Source of the DNA: Eledone cirrhosa
Taxonomy: Eukaryota
Direction: 5' to 3'
DNA length: 64,000 nucleotides
NCBI GenBank assembly: GCA_964016885.1
Contig: OZ024764.1
Span: 19,344,001 to 19,408,000 of the forward strand
How positions within the stretch are numbered: the first letter of the stretch is position 1; each line of letters opens with the position of its first letter. The position numbers and the translations under genes were made by a program. Shown piece after piece: positions 1 through 11,499 of the stretch. The notes below the pieces were generated by a model. It saw nothing but the letters and a program-made list of their open reading frames with translations, was not told the origin of the DNA and made no database searches.

Positions 1-1440
1 ATACCATCCTTGAGATGTTGAGGATGAAGGACGTCAATTCCCGCGCCTGACCCAGCGGGGAAGGATGAAATCGCCTTTCTGATGATATTGGTGGTGTAAA
101 CCGGTCTCAAGTATTCTGGTGGTTCGGGCCAGTGTTGCTGATCATCTGGGGGTGCTTCTCTTTCAGACGCTCACGAGAGTCAGAGTTGCATGGAGCAAGG
201 GAGGACAGCCTCTTTAATGTCAAATTCGGTGAGTTTGGCATTGACGGCTCGCTTGAGGTCTACCGGTTGTCTGTTGGTGGACACCGACCTCGGAGACGAA
301 CTGAGATGAGACGTGGTTGGGGTGGACTCAAACAGCTGGAACTGCCGCTTGAGAGAGGACTTGAGGGAACCCGAGTTCGCATTGTGCACGTGAAGAGAGA
401 TGAGGGGAAACAAAAACAATTTCTGCCAGTCTATTGTTGGACGAGCAAACGTTTTTCAGTAAATTAGAGAGGGCACCTGCAAAGCTGTTCCGAGCTCCCT
501 TAAGGGTCCGGTTAACGAGCTTTGATTTGGAGAAGCCCTGGGGGGGGCTGTGGCAAAGTCGTCGGTAGAGTGTTGGTCATCCCCACGGAATAGTCGGAGC
601 TGAAGTGGCACCGATGACAGGTCCAATGTTGAAGCCTTTCGGCTTGAGCTTTGGTGATGCCGACACAGCTTCTGTGGTAGCTTGCGTGGCATAGGTGACA
701 TTTAATTGTCTTTAAGTACTGGTTAGTGCGGGCACAGAGGGCGCAATCAGGTGGCGGGCTGGCAACAGCCGGCAGTAGAGGGCCAGCGTTGGAATTCGGT
801 GAAGGGAGTGAGTCAGTAAAGGAGACAGCAGTGGTTCTAACGGTGGGACTAAAGCGGAGGTTGGGTGGTGAGCTAACAGTTGTAGGGGTGGTGTGGTTGG
901 CCGGGTTGGATTCGTTCGGAATCTGCCGTGAAGGAGAGGAGGGATAGGTGGGGGCAAGTTAGCTCCTCTCGTGCGTGCTGCAGTTGGTGGAGAATGAGAG
1001 GTCGGAGGCTGACCGTTTGTCACATTAGTCGTTCCACCAAGCAGGTCTCTTGGTCGTTCAACGCATGCCACCGCCACCTAGAGTGGACTAGGTTAAAGTG
1101 GTGGCAACTTTAGCAATCGGCAATCGCCGGTGATAGTTCGGTCGAAACATCGGGCCACCGGCGGGTTGAACGAATACCTAGGTGGGCTGTGCGCGAGGAG
1201 GAAGTAAGGGTTGAGCAAGGGGAGGGATGGAAGGTGTTGAAGGAGAGAGAAGATGATGAGTGCGTGGAGAGGAGTGTGGTCATGTGAGAGGCAGGTAAAT
1301 ACAGTGGGAGAGAAAGAGCACTGAACATGGAAAGAGAAGGAAAATAAAAACGCTAGAAATACAAAATCTAAGGCTGTGAGTTTGTGTAATAGTTCGCATG
1401 GGTAAATCCGCAGTAAAAACCGAAATTGTGAGTTTGTGTA
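1..1440 (-). mobile_element. 5' part of a CRE-clade (restriction-like endonuclease) non-LTR retrotransposon, cut by the window edge; degenerate
   Basis: Near-identical to 48441-49635, which is continuous with RT and RLE motifs at 46380-48440. The minus strand encodes a PHD finger (607-745) and 'PAGSGAGIDVLHPQHLKD'. Contains stops and frameshifts. Confidence 0.85.
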
Positions 1441-2415
1441 AAAAAGAAAAAAAAAAAAAAACATGGGCAAGACTTAAGTAAAATCAAAACCTGAATGATA
1501 GTGATACAAGATGTTTACAATTACGGAGTGATTATATTACTGGACCTGAATTCTATCAAGTGGTCAAAGCTTCTAATTCTGTGAAATAGAATGGAAGTAT
1601 GGATTGACCTTTCAGTCACACCTGACTATAAATAGATTCAGGTTATTTCAAGAGGGAGATGGGATGGTTCCTCGCCATTTATAATTATTTATATTTTATA
1701 TTTGGGGGGTTTGATTTTGAAAAATTGTAAGTGTATATTAAGGAGGAAAGTATAATTGTGTGATACAATTGCTCCAGGTTGGTTCCCTACGTTGTTGCCA
1801 CAAACAATTCTTTTTTCCTCCGAACATCTGTTATTCCTCTCCGTAGATTATAAATGGTAAAATCCGTTCGATCCAACCGAATGGAAAATCCAGTTCCTTG
1901 AAGAATATTTTGAGTTGTCTCGGACAAAGCAAAAAAAGGGGAAAGTTGAAAATCTTTACCTCGTTTCGTGGTGAATTGCCATCTCCCACTGTATTTTTCT
2001 TTCCTTTATCATTATTGTTCAATAAATTATATTATTATACACAGTTTAGACAATATATTTGTAATGTCTTTCTCAAGGAATTGCCAGCAATTTATAATGT
2101 TATTTACACACGTTATTTATGTATATATTTAAAACATATTTACAACGTTATTCTACTGTAAATTTATATAATTGTAATAAAATATATTAATTATATCATC
2201 ACATAATATAAAAACGACCTTTAGAATATTTAAATATTTAGTTTTGTTAATTTATTTTTCAGCAACAACAAAAGTTTTCACTTTAATTAATTAGAGGTAG
2301 GTAAAATATAGATAATTACGATAACATTTTATATTTCCAGTAATGAAACAAACAAGAAAATATATATTTGTGATGTGAAAAGTGAGCTTAAATCTACAAT
2401 ATTAATAGACATAAT

Positions 2416-2550
2416 ACTTACATTATAGTCTCAGGTGTTTAGTATTTACAGAAATGTTTTCTAAATGATATTGTAGGAAGACTAACACGTGGACAGGAAG
2501 TCGACAACTGCACCACTGCGCATGCTTCAATGTTTTTTTTGTGACGTAAA
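2416..2550 (-). promoter_or_regulatory. Putative zinc-finger gene promoter plus non-coding exon 1 (copy 1; its gene would lie left of the window)
   Basis: TGACGT 2542-2547, TGCGCATGC 2517-2525, CAGGAAGT 2494-2501, CACGTG 2486-2491, an Inr-like TTAGTC, and a minus-strand donor GTAAGT at 2421-2416. The block is conserved in five copies. Confidence 0.6.
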
Positions 2551-2914
2551 TATTTTTACCGAATTAAATTATGTCAAGTTTGTAATAAAAAAATGAAGTT
2601 GAAAACAGTAAATGTAATTAAAATAGAACAGCTAAGTACTCTTACAGAGATCAGAAAGAAAGGTGTTGGTGGTGAAGAATGGACGGTAGACGTTTCACCT
2701 CAGTCTAGGTAGTGTATTTTACCTGTGTCACTCGGACAATAGCCAGCGATGACCACTACACCAACCACTCTCTCCTTCAGGTGGTGTCCACTTTCGTGAG
2801 TCTGTAGAATAACAGGGCAGAGGACAGCAGAGGAGGTCTTGACTTGAAAAGAGTATCACTTGATACCTCGATATAACCTGTTGGTAGAAATAGTAGGGTG
2901 CTGGATCAATCGAG

Positions 2915-3110
2915 TACCCTGACATAGATCCCCGGGTATCTCGGTAAGATTGAGTCATATGGAGGCTAAGTTGCCAGAACAGCTAAGTACCCTGACAGAG
3001 ATCACCGGGTATCTCGGGTCATATGGGGGCTAAGTTGCCAGAACAGCTAAGTACCCTCACAAGAGTCATCGGGTACTTCGGTAAAGCCAGCCGCCAACAG
3101 TGACAACTTC
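2915..3110 (-). repeat. 73-bp minisatellite (~2.5 units) derived from the CRE endonuclease C-terminus
   Basis: Unit gaacagctaagtaccctgacagagatcaccgggtatctcggtaagatcgggtcatatggaggctaagttgcca. The minus strand reads LTEIPGDLCQGT*LFWQLSL. Confidence 0.75.
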
Positions 3111-3369
3111 GTTGTCAGCAGCCCAGCTTCTCAAACATCACAGACTGGAATAAATACTTTGCCGATAATTACTGGTAGTTTAGCTTTTATTTCGTTCGTC
3201 TACGGAAGCAGTGACCCTCACTTTTACTACAGCATGTAGGATGTGGGAGGGAGACAAAAACATCACTAACTGGGGTCTCACAAATGTGACAGTTAGTTTT
3301 GAAAATACATATACAAGATACAAGATAAATGACTAGACTGAAATATATTTGATAGGGAATAAAGAGTAG

Positions 3370-3546
3370 AATATTCTAGTCTGTGGTGTTGGAGAAGTTT
3401 GGAGGAGATAGGTCCCTGACAACGAGGTTCTTGTTATCGTTGGCAGCTCTCCTTACCGAGGTGTCAGGTGATACATATGAGGGTGTTTGGTAGTTCCAAC
3501 ATCTTAGCCTTGCTATCACTCGAGGTAAGACTGTCTCAGAAAGTAT
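3370..3546 (+). mobile_element. CRE-clade LINE 3' relic (RLE C-terminus)
   Basis: Translates IF*SVVLEKFGGDRSLTTRFLLSLAALLTEVSGDTYEGVW*FQHLSLAITRG, which aligns to IFQPVAFETFGGVGSLTARFLSSLAARLIEVTGE of the CRE at 46380-46913. Confidence 0.85.
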
Positions 3547-3911
3547 TAGAGGGAGACTCCAGCACCCCATGTGATGTGAGACTGATTGACAGAGTGTTGA
3601 CTTAATATTTTCATTTGTTGTGATTATATGTGAAATATATCTCTATGTAAGTAACTTGGTTACGTGAATCATTGTGAATCTCGTAAATACTTAAACAGAA
3701 ATCTACTTAGGACACAAAATAAAGTAGATTCCATTGTACAATGTATATCACAAAGAAGAGGGGATGTAACGAGAGTTGTCTCCCCTTACATATGTTTTCT
3801 GTTTTACAGTAGTAGAGGTTTATATGTGTTTGACTGTCTCTCTCTCGGTATAAACTACCATTTGCACTGCCTCTGTTTTTTGTTCCTGTCTAATATTTAA
3901 CTATATATATC

Positions 3912-4080
3912 TTGAGGTTGTGAGTTCGCTTCCTGGACCAGGCGATGCGTTATGTCCTTGAGCAAGACACTTTATTTCACGTTGTTCCTTCTACCTAGAG
4001 TTGCGACCGTTAGTACTAGCAATTGGAAAGACCAATGGAAACATTGCTTCCTCGGTCCGATTTGACGAAAGTCGATCGTT
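3912..4080 (+). mobile_element. tRNA-derived SINE, 5'-truncated
   Basis: B-box-like gagttcgcttcc followed by gtccttgagcaagacact. It is the reverse complement of the fuller copy at 33612-33826. Confidence 0.7.
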
Positions 4081-4112
4081 CCTTCATATATATATATATA
4101 TATACACACACA

Positions 4113-6113
4113 CTGTTGTACCTTGACTTAAGAGTTTAATTTGTTCCGTGGAGGACCTCGTAACTTAAATTACTCGTATGTCAAATCAATTTCCCCACTG
4201 AAATAAATTAAAATGCCGTTAATCCGTTCCAGACCCCCCAAAAACCACAGTTTGTTTTGTTACGTGTTTTTAAATAAGAAAAATGTACTTATAAATAACA
4301 AATATTGTATATAAAAAAAAACCATACAATAGAATGTACTGCAACAAACTAGTTTTATTAAGTATAATGTACAGCATCTATCTTGGAGATCAGACGACTT
4401 GAGGATGTTGACGAAGGAGAAAGGATGAACTGAATAACTGAATCTTATTCGCTGATTTTTGCCACACTTTCCTCACTTTTATCTGCAGGGATTTTCAATA
4501 AAAACCTGTCTAATGAGGTTTGTTTCATCTCACTTGTTGAGATAACCTGCTCTGTGTCACCTATTTCCTGCAAAACCTCCGTGTGTTGCTGTGTCTGTAG
4601 CTCCTTTAATTCCCCCGTTGTCAGTTCCTTGGAGTGCTCCTCGATGAGCTCGTTGATGTCACCTTCATCCATGTTCAGGCCCATGGACTTACCGAGGGGT
4701 AAAATCTCCTCCACCACTGCCGCTTCGGGTTCCAGTCTTTCAAAGTCTGTTTTAGACACAACCTCAGGCCACAGCTTCTTCCATGTAGAGGTCAAGGTCC
4801 TCTTTGTAAGACCCTGCCAGGTCATATCGATAATTCTGAGGCATATCACGATGTTATAATGGTCCTTCCAGACCTCTCAAGGGTGAAGTTTGTGCTCTCC
4901 GTCACTTCAAAGCAGCGACTGAACAGGTGCTTGGTGAAGAGCTTCTTGAAATTAGAAAGTACCTGCTGGTCCTTGGTCTGTAGGTTAGGGGTGGTGTTTG
5001 GTGAAAGGTAGAGGACCTTTATAAACTTGAACTCTTCGAGGGTGGGTTGGTGAGCAGGTGCATTGTGTAGGACAAGAAGGGTTTACAGGGGTAGGTTATT
5101 TTCCTGGAGATATTTTTTAACGTCAGGACCAAAGACCAAATTCACCCACTCCACAAAGAACTACCTGATGACCCATGACCTCCACAAAACCTGCAGTTTT
5201 TCTTTCAGAATCTTATGTGACTTAAAGGTTCTAGAGTTTTCTGAATGATAAACGAGCAGCGGCTTAATCTTACACTCACCGCTCAGTGCGAGGGTTAGCC
5301 TATCCGTCATGGGTTTGTGGCCAGGCATCCTCTTCTCCTCTGCATCTTCTTCCAAAAAAGTCCTGTTTCATCACAGTTAAAGACTTGCTGAAGGATGTAT
5401 CCTTTGGCTGCTATAATTCCGGCAAAGGTTTTGAGGTAATCCTCAGCTGCCTTCATATCCGTGCTCGCTGCCTCACCATGCCTGACAACGGAATGAATGC
5501 CGGTCCTCTTTTTAAAATTCTCAAACCAACCCCGACTGGTATTAAAGGGCTTGCCGATGGCTCGTCCGTAAAGTACCTGGGGTCTGCTGCAGCAAATCAG
5601 CGTAAATAGCTCGTGCCTGCTCACATATTATAATCTTCATCACGGTATCTCTTGCGAGCTGCTTCTCTGTCAACCACACCATCAGCAGCTTTTCCATAAT
5701 TTCATGGATAGATGTCCGCTGTTTAGAAATTATTTTACCACCCTTAGCTGGGGTTATAGCCTTTATCAACTCCTTCTACTTCAGTATGGTACATATCGTA
5801 GAAGTCCTACGCTCGTACTGCTTCACCAAGTCCACTACACACACCTTGGTCATGTTTTTCTATAATTTCTTTCTTTAATTCAATACACATCATCTGCTTC
5901 TTCTTCTCAGGACTGTCCTTCGAAGCCATGGGATGCTGGGCGGGTGTTATGGTATTCCCTGTGGCGGTCACTATGCCAACTAGTGGCGGGGCATCTGAAG
6001 CTGACTCGTAACCCGAATTTTACTCTGGAACTCAACGCAAAAAATCAGCCGAGAGAGGGCTCGTATCTCGAAAAACTTATTAGTTGGGACACTCGTAAGT
6101 CAAGGTACCACTG
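4113..6113 (-). mobile_element. Tigger/pogo (Tc1-mariner) DNA transposon with a degenerate transposase
   Basis: 23-bp imperfect TIRs (ctgttgtaccttgacttaagagt / actcgtaagtcaaggtaccactg). ORF fragments carry CENP-B HTH 'FNTSRGWFENFKKRTGI' and DDE_1 'QVFNCDETGLFWKKM'. Flanked by TA microsatellites. Confidence 0.92.
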
Positions 6114-6199
6114 AATATATATATATATTTGTGTTTGTGTGTGTGTGTGTATATGTATATTATGTATCTTCTGATTACTGAAGCTGGTGCATTAGATTT

Positions 6200-6770
6200 C
6201 ACTGTCAACACTGTAAAGAGGTTGTGTAGGTGTCATGACAAAAAGTACCCAGTCCACCCTGTAAAGTGGTCATGTAGGTGTCACGATAAAAAGTACCTAG
6301 TACTCACTGTAAAGTGGTCATGTAGGTGTCACAACAAAAATACCCAGTACACACTGTAAAGTGGTCATGTAGGTGTCACGACAAAAAGTACCCAATCCAC
6401 ACTGTAAAGTGGTCACATTGGTGTCATGGCAAAAAGTACCCAGTCCACCCTGTAAAGTGGTACTGTAGGTGTCACGATAAAAAGTACCCAGTACTCACTG
6501 TAAAGTGGTCATGTAGGTGCCATGACAAAAAGTAAAAAAGTACCCAGCCCACACTGTGAAGTGGTCGAGTTGGTGAGATAGTAAAAAGCACCCAGTACTC
6601 AATGTAAATAAGGTTGGTGCTAGGAAGGGCATCCAGCTGTAGAAACCAAACCATAATTGGTTTTGTAGGAGCAACACGTGGTCACCTGACCTGGCATTGC
6701 TTACAACAGGATAACTCGTCTAACCCATGCCAGCATGGAAAAACTGATGTAAAACAGTGATGATGATATA
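6200..6770 (+). repeat. RTE 3'-UTR relic with an amplified 47-48-bp repeat (~8 units) and (GAT)n tail
   Basis: Unit cactgtaaagtggtcatgtaggtgtcacgacaaaaagtacccagtc matches the internal repeats of the RTE 3' UTR at 30480-30600. Ends acccatgccagcatggaa...gatgatgat. Confidence 0.8.
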
Positions 6771-7170
6771 ACATTTGTTTAATAATGAACCCAATCTCAT
6801 TGTTAACAGCTATAGATGTCAGGATGTGAACCTTTTTACTGAAATATCTTCTCCATGTTAGTGGCTGAAGAAGATTTAGAAAACTTTCACACAATAACCG
6901 TATTCCCTAACTTCTCCCCTAAAAAATACAAGACAAGCAGGGCCAGACTTTTGCCTACTGAAGCCCTAAGCTATATGAAGTTAGAGGTTCTTCTCTAAAA
7001 ATATATAATTATCTTTTATATTAATGTTAATGATAAAGAATAAATAATATAATAAATATACCACCATAGGTGCTGAGGTGGCTAGCTGCTGGTGTGAACC
7101 TCACAAGATGGAATGGCTCTTCCAGCACATCTAGAACATGACCCTCTAATATCTAGTATTTAGTAACAAA

Positions 7171-7265
7171 CTAGTCCACCCGGGACCTGTTGGGTCACGT
7201 TGCCTTAAAATTATCTTTTAAGTTATTTAAAAATAATTTTTAAATAGTTAAAATATACACATACC

Positions 7266-7301
<36 letters not shown>

Positions 7302-7518
7302 ATTAAACAACACCACCAGCTCCCACTCTCTCACCACCACTGTCTCGCTCTCTCCCTATATTTATGAAGGTACCAGAAAACCCCGTATCTTGGGAACCTG
7401 TGCTCCAATTTATACAAATCTTGTTTTATTCCTTTCAAAGTATTTCCCCATTATGCACTGTTTTAGCTGTATTAAATTACAGACAAGACACAATCACAGA
7501 GTTTTAGTAGTATATAGA
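7171..7518 (-). mobile_element. Non-autonomous Helitron
   Basis: On the minus strand: A|TC...CTAG|T with a subterminal hairpin cgtgacc-caaca-ggtcccg, an internal (TA)/(CA) microsatellite, and no TSD. Confidence 0.8.
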
Positions 7519-8239
7519 TAATATAGCTTCAAATTAAAGTTAGTAAACAACAGTTTGGAGAAATCTGCAACATTTATTAAACATTCCTCAAGTTTGTCAA
7601 TTCTATAGCACAATAGTTTGTTAGTTAAAGTGTTTAGTTAGATGTTCTACATATAAAGAAGAGAGAATATTTTACCACAAATATTACAGTGGTATAATGA
7701 TTTTCCCATCTCTTCTGGAAAATATTCCTATGTTGATGTAAATATTTCTATTGTTCATAATTTTATCAAATGTGATCTTTGTCAATATCCAAATATTTTG
7801 AAAACTCCTTTGTAAATATCCAAAGTTTAATCAGAATGTAAAATCATCTTGTAAATATTCCAGAGTGAAAAAGGAATATGTTGTTATTTATCTCAATTCA
7901 GAAGAAATATTTCACCATAATTCACCACAGACTAAACAAGTTTATATCACTTGTATGTAACATCTTTCTGTTGTCTTTAAAAGACTCTTTTCTGTCAAGA
8001 TCATGTGATATTCTGAAATAGTAGAGAAACATTATTAAGATATTTAGAAAGTAGAGATACAACAGTGAAAACTTTACTACATCTCTATATTAATAGATAT
8101 AAACCTTACATGGTGACACAAACACTGCAACACTAACTTACAGGAAAACATCTAGTTACTTCAATCAGGTGAAGAGATAAACTAGATTGACTTCATTCTC
8201 TTCAGAAAACAGGATAGACAGATGGTTGGGAATATTAAC

Positions 8240-8730
8240 TCTTTTACTGGAGAAGGACGTACCACTCAACATAGACTAGATACTAGGTGTAAGATCTAGA
8301 GGGACTGACAGATACAAGACTATCTGGAGATAGAAGGGTTGGAGAGTAAAATATCTCCCTGTTAAATATAAGATCTACAGGGACTGTGAGAGTGGTACAA
8401 GACAACCTAGGGAAAAGGGTAGGGATAGTAACAGATCTCCCTGTTAAATATAAGATCTAGAGGGACTGTGAGAGAGGTACAAGACAACCTAGAGAAAAGA
8501 GTAGGGACAGTAAAAGATCTCCCTGTTAAATATAAATTCGGAGATGTTCTACATGATAAATATGATAAGGAGGAGATTGATAGCTATGACATAGAAGATA
8601 TCTGGAAGTTTCTTTCAGACAGCCTGTTGTGAACCACTGATGAGATCTGTACTTGATGAAAGCTGCCAGCCAGATGAATGTTGCCTTGGTGATGGAATAG
8701 TACAGTAGATAGAAGTTGAAATCTAAAAGA
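8240..8730 (+). repeat. Old RTE relic containing an 82-bp minisatellite (~3 units)
   Basis: Reads GEGRTTQHRL...RVGTVKDLPVKYKFGDVLHDKYDKEEIDSYDIEDIWKFLSDSLL, homologous to the RTE region that follows the APE domain. Confidence 0.75.
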
Positions 8731-9188
8731 CCTGATGAGACAGGAGGGGGAACAACAATATCAAATAGTTAAAATGGAAGCTAGATATTAGGCTTACAAT
8801 TTATTGATTTCTGTTGTTATTGTTAAAATCTGTTTAATCTGTGATATTTGAGACAATGTACAGGACAATAGAATTAATATCAATGTCAGACTAGCAACAA
8901 CAAAAGTTTTCATTTTATTGGCAGGTTTAAATTACAGAAGTTACCAACCTTTACTGAAAATACAAATATATATCTTACCTGTTAAAGAATAATAAATGAA
9001 AGTTTAATGTGAAAAACTTTAATTTACACAAAATCTTCAAACACTACTTCAAAAATGGAAACCTGGTGTTTATGATCCCTGTCATAGGTAAAACCTACAA
9101 GGTTAACCCTAGTTTTAGCCAGGATGATGGATCTACACAATTGTTGTTGTTGTTGTAGTATGCTGTAATGAGTTTGATATTGATACAG

Positions 9189-10657
<1,469 letters not shown>

Positions 10658-10944
10658 TCAATCACCTCAGTTTCTCACATAATTCACAGCTTAATACTGA
10701 GAAATTTAGTTATATTACTAAATAATTTCAAAGTGTTGAGTGTTTTTAAAATTATTTCAAAATGATGGATAGTGTCTTTCATTAGAAATGGTTAATGTTG
10801 AGGATATGTCTGATGTAACGTGCTCTTTAATGCCAATGTCCTCTGGTATTCTGAAATAATAAAAGAACATTATAAGATACTGAGAAACTTGTAATACATC
10901 AGTACAAATTTCATATAATATTTCTATATTGATAAATGGACTGT

Positions 10945-11291
10945 AATAAATACTAAGGCCATCCTTGGTGAAGAATGTGCTGACTAACATAGGTTAGTTA
11001 TTAGTGGTAGTAGATTATACTGACTGATAAAAGTAGTTATTAGTGACATTAGATTAAACTGACTGATAAAAGTAGTTATTAGTGACAGTAGATTAAACTG
11101 ACTGATAAAAGTAGTTATTAGTGACATTAGATTAAACTGACTGATAAAAGTAGTTATTAGTGACATTAGATTAAACTGACTGATAAAAGTAGTTATTAGT
11201 GACATTAGATTAAACTGACTGATAAAAGTAGTTACTAGTGACATTAGATTAAACTGACAGATAAAAGTAGTTACTAGTGACATTAGATTAA
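10945..11291 (+). repeat. 39-bp minisatellite (~7.5 units) grown from an RTE endonuclease relic
   Basis: Unit agtagttattagtgacattagattaaactgactgataaa. The flank reads NTKAILGEECAD*HRLVIS and the unit reads VVISDIRL; compare RTE EECTSQHRLIISDL. Confidence 0.85.
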
Positions 11292-11499
11292 CCCTTTAGT
11301 ATTCACATTACTCTATATTTACTATTATATTTTCACAGTAAATGCTTTATCTCACATGATATCAAATCTATGAGATTTTCATATTATTTATTTTGAGAAC
11401 AATACCTTAACATAAGTATAAGTGACCAATTATGGCCAGTTTGAACAGAAAGACATGAGACAATTCTGGCCAGATATGGCCAGTTTATATACTAAAGGG
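11292..11499. mobile_element. piggyBac-type MITE (208 bp)
   Basis: TTAA target duplication on both sides; TIRs ccctttagta / tactaaaggg. Confidence 0.85.

Noticed and set aside
1370-1461. Possible spliced-leader RNA target at the CRE 5' end (Sm-like AATTTCGG, T tract, 13-bp direct repeat)
   Set aside because: Trypanosome CRE elements target SL genes, but I see no convincing leader, donor and stem-loop arrangement or tandem SL array here.
3376-3570. Conserved 64-aa minus-strand ORF (also 33130, 51569; similar to 46363-46665)
   Set aside because: Antisense frame of CRE endonuclease sequence; the similarity reflects TE homology and duplication.
6129-6677. Cys/His-rich repetitive ORFs (VKWSCRCHDKKYP)n
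   Set aside because: Translation of the 48-bp RTE 3'-UTR repeat; the frame is not maintained.
10757-10990. 77-90-aa ORFs upstream of the finger ORFs (also 43328-43600 and 58918-59151)
   Set aside because: They run across a clear splice acceptor from intron into the exon-2 leader and end at different stops in paralogs.
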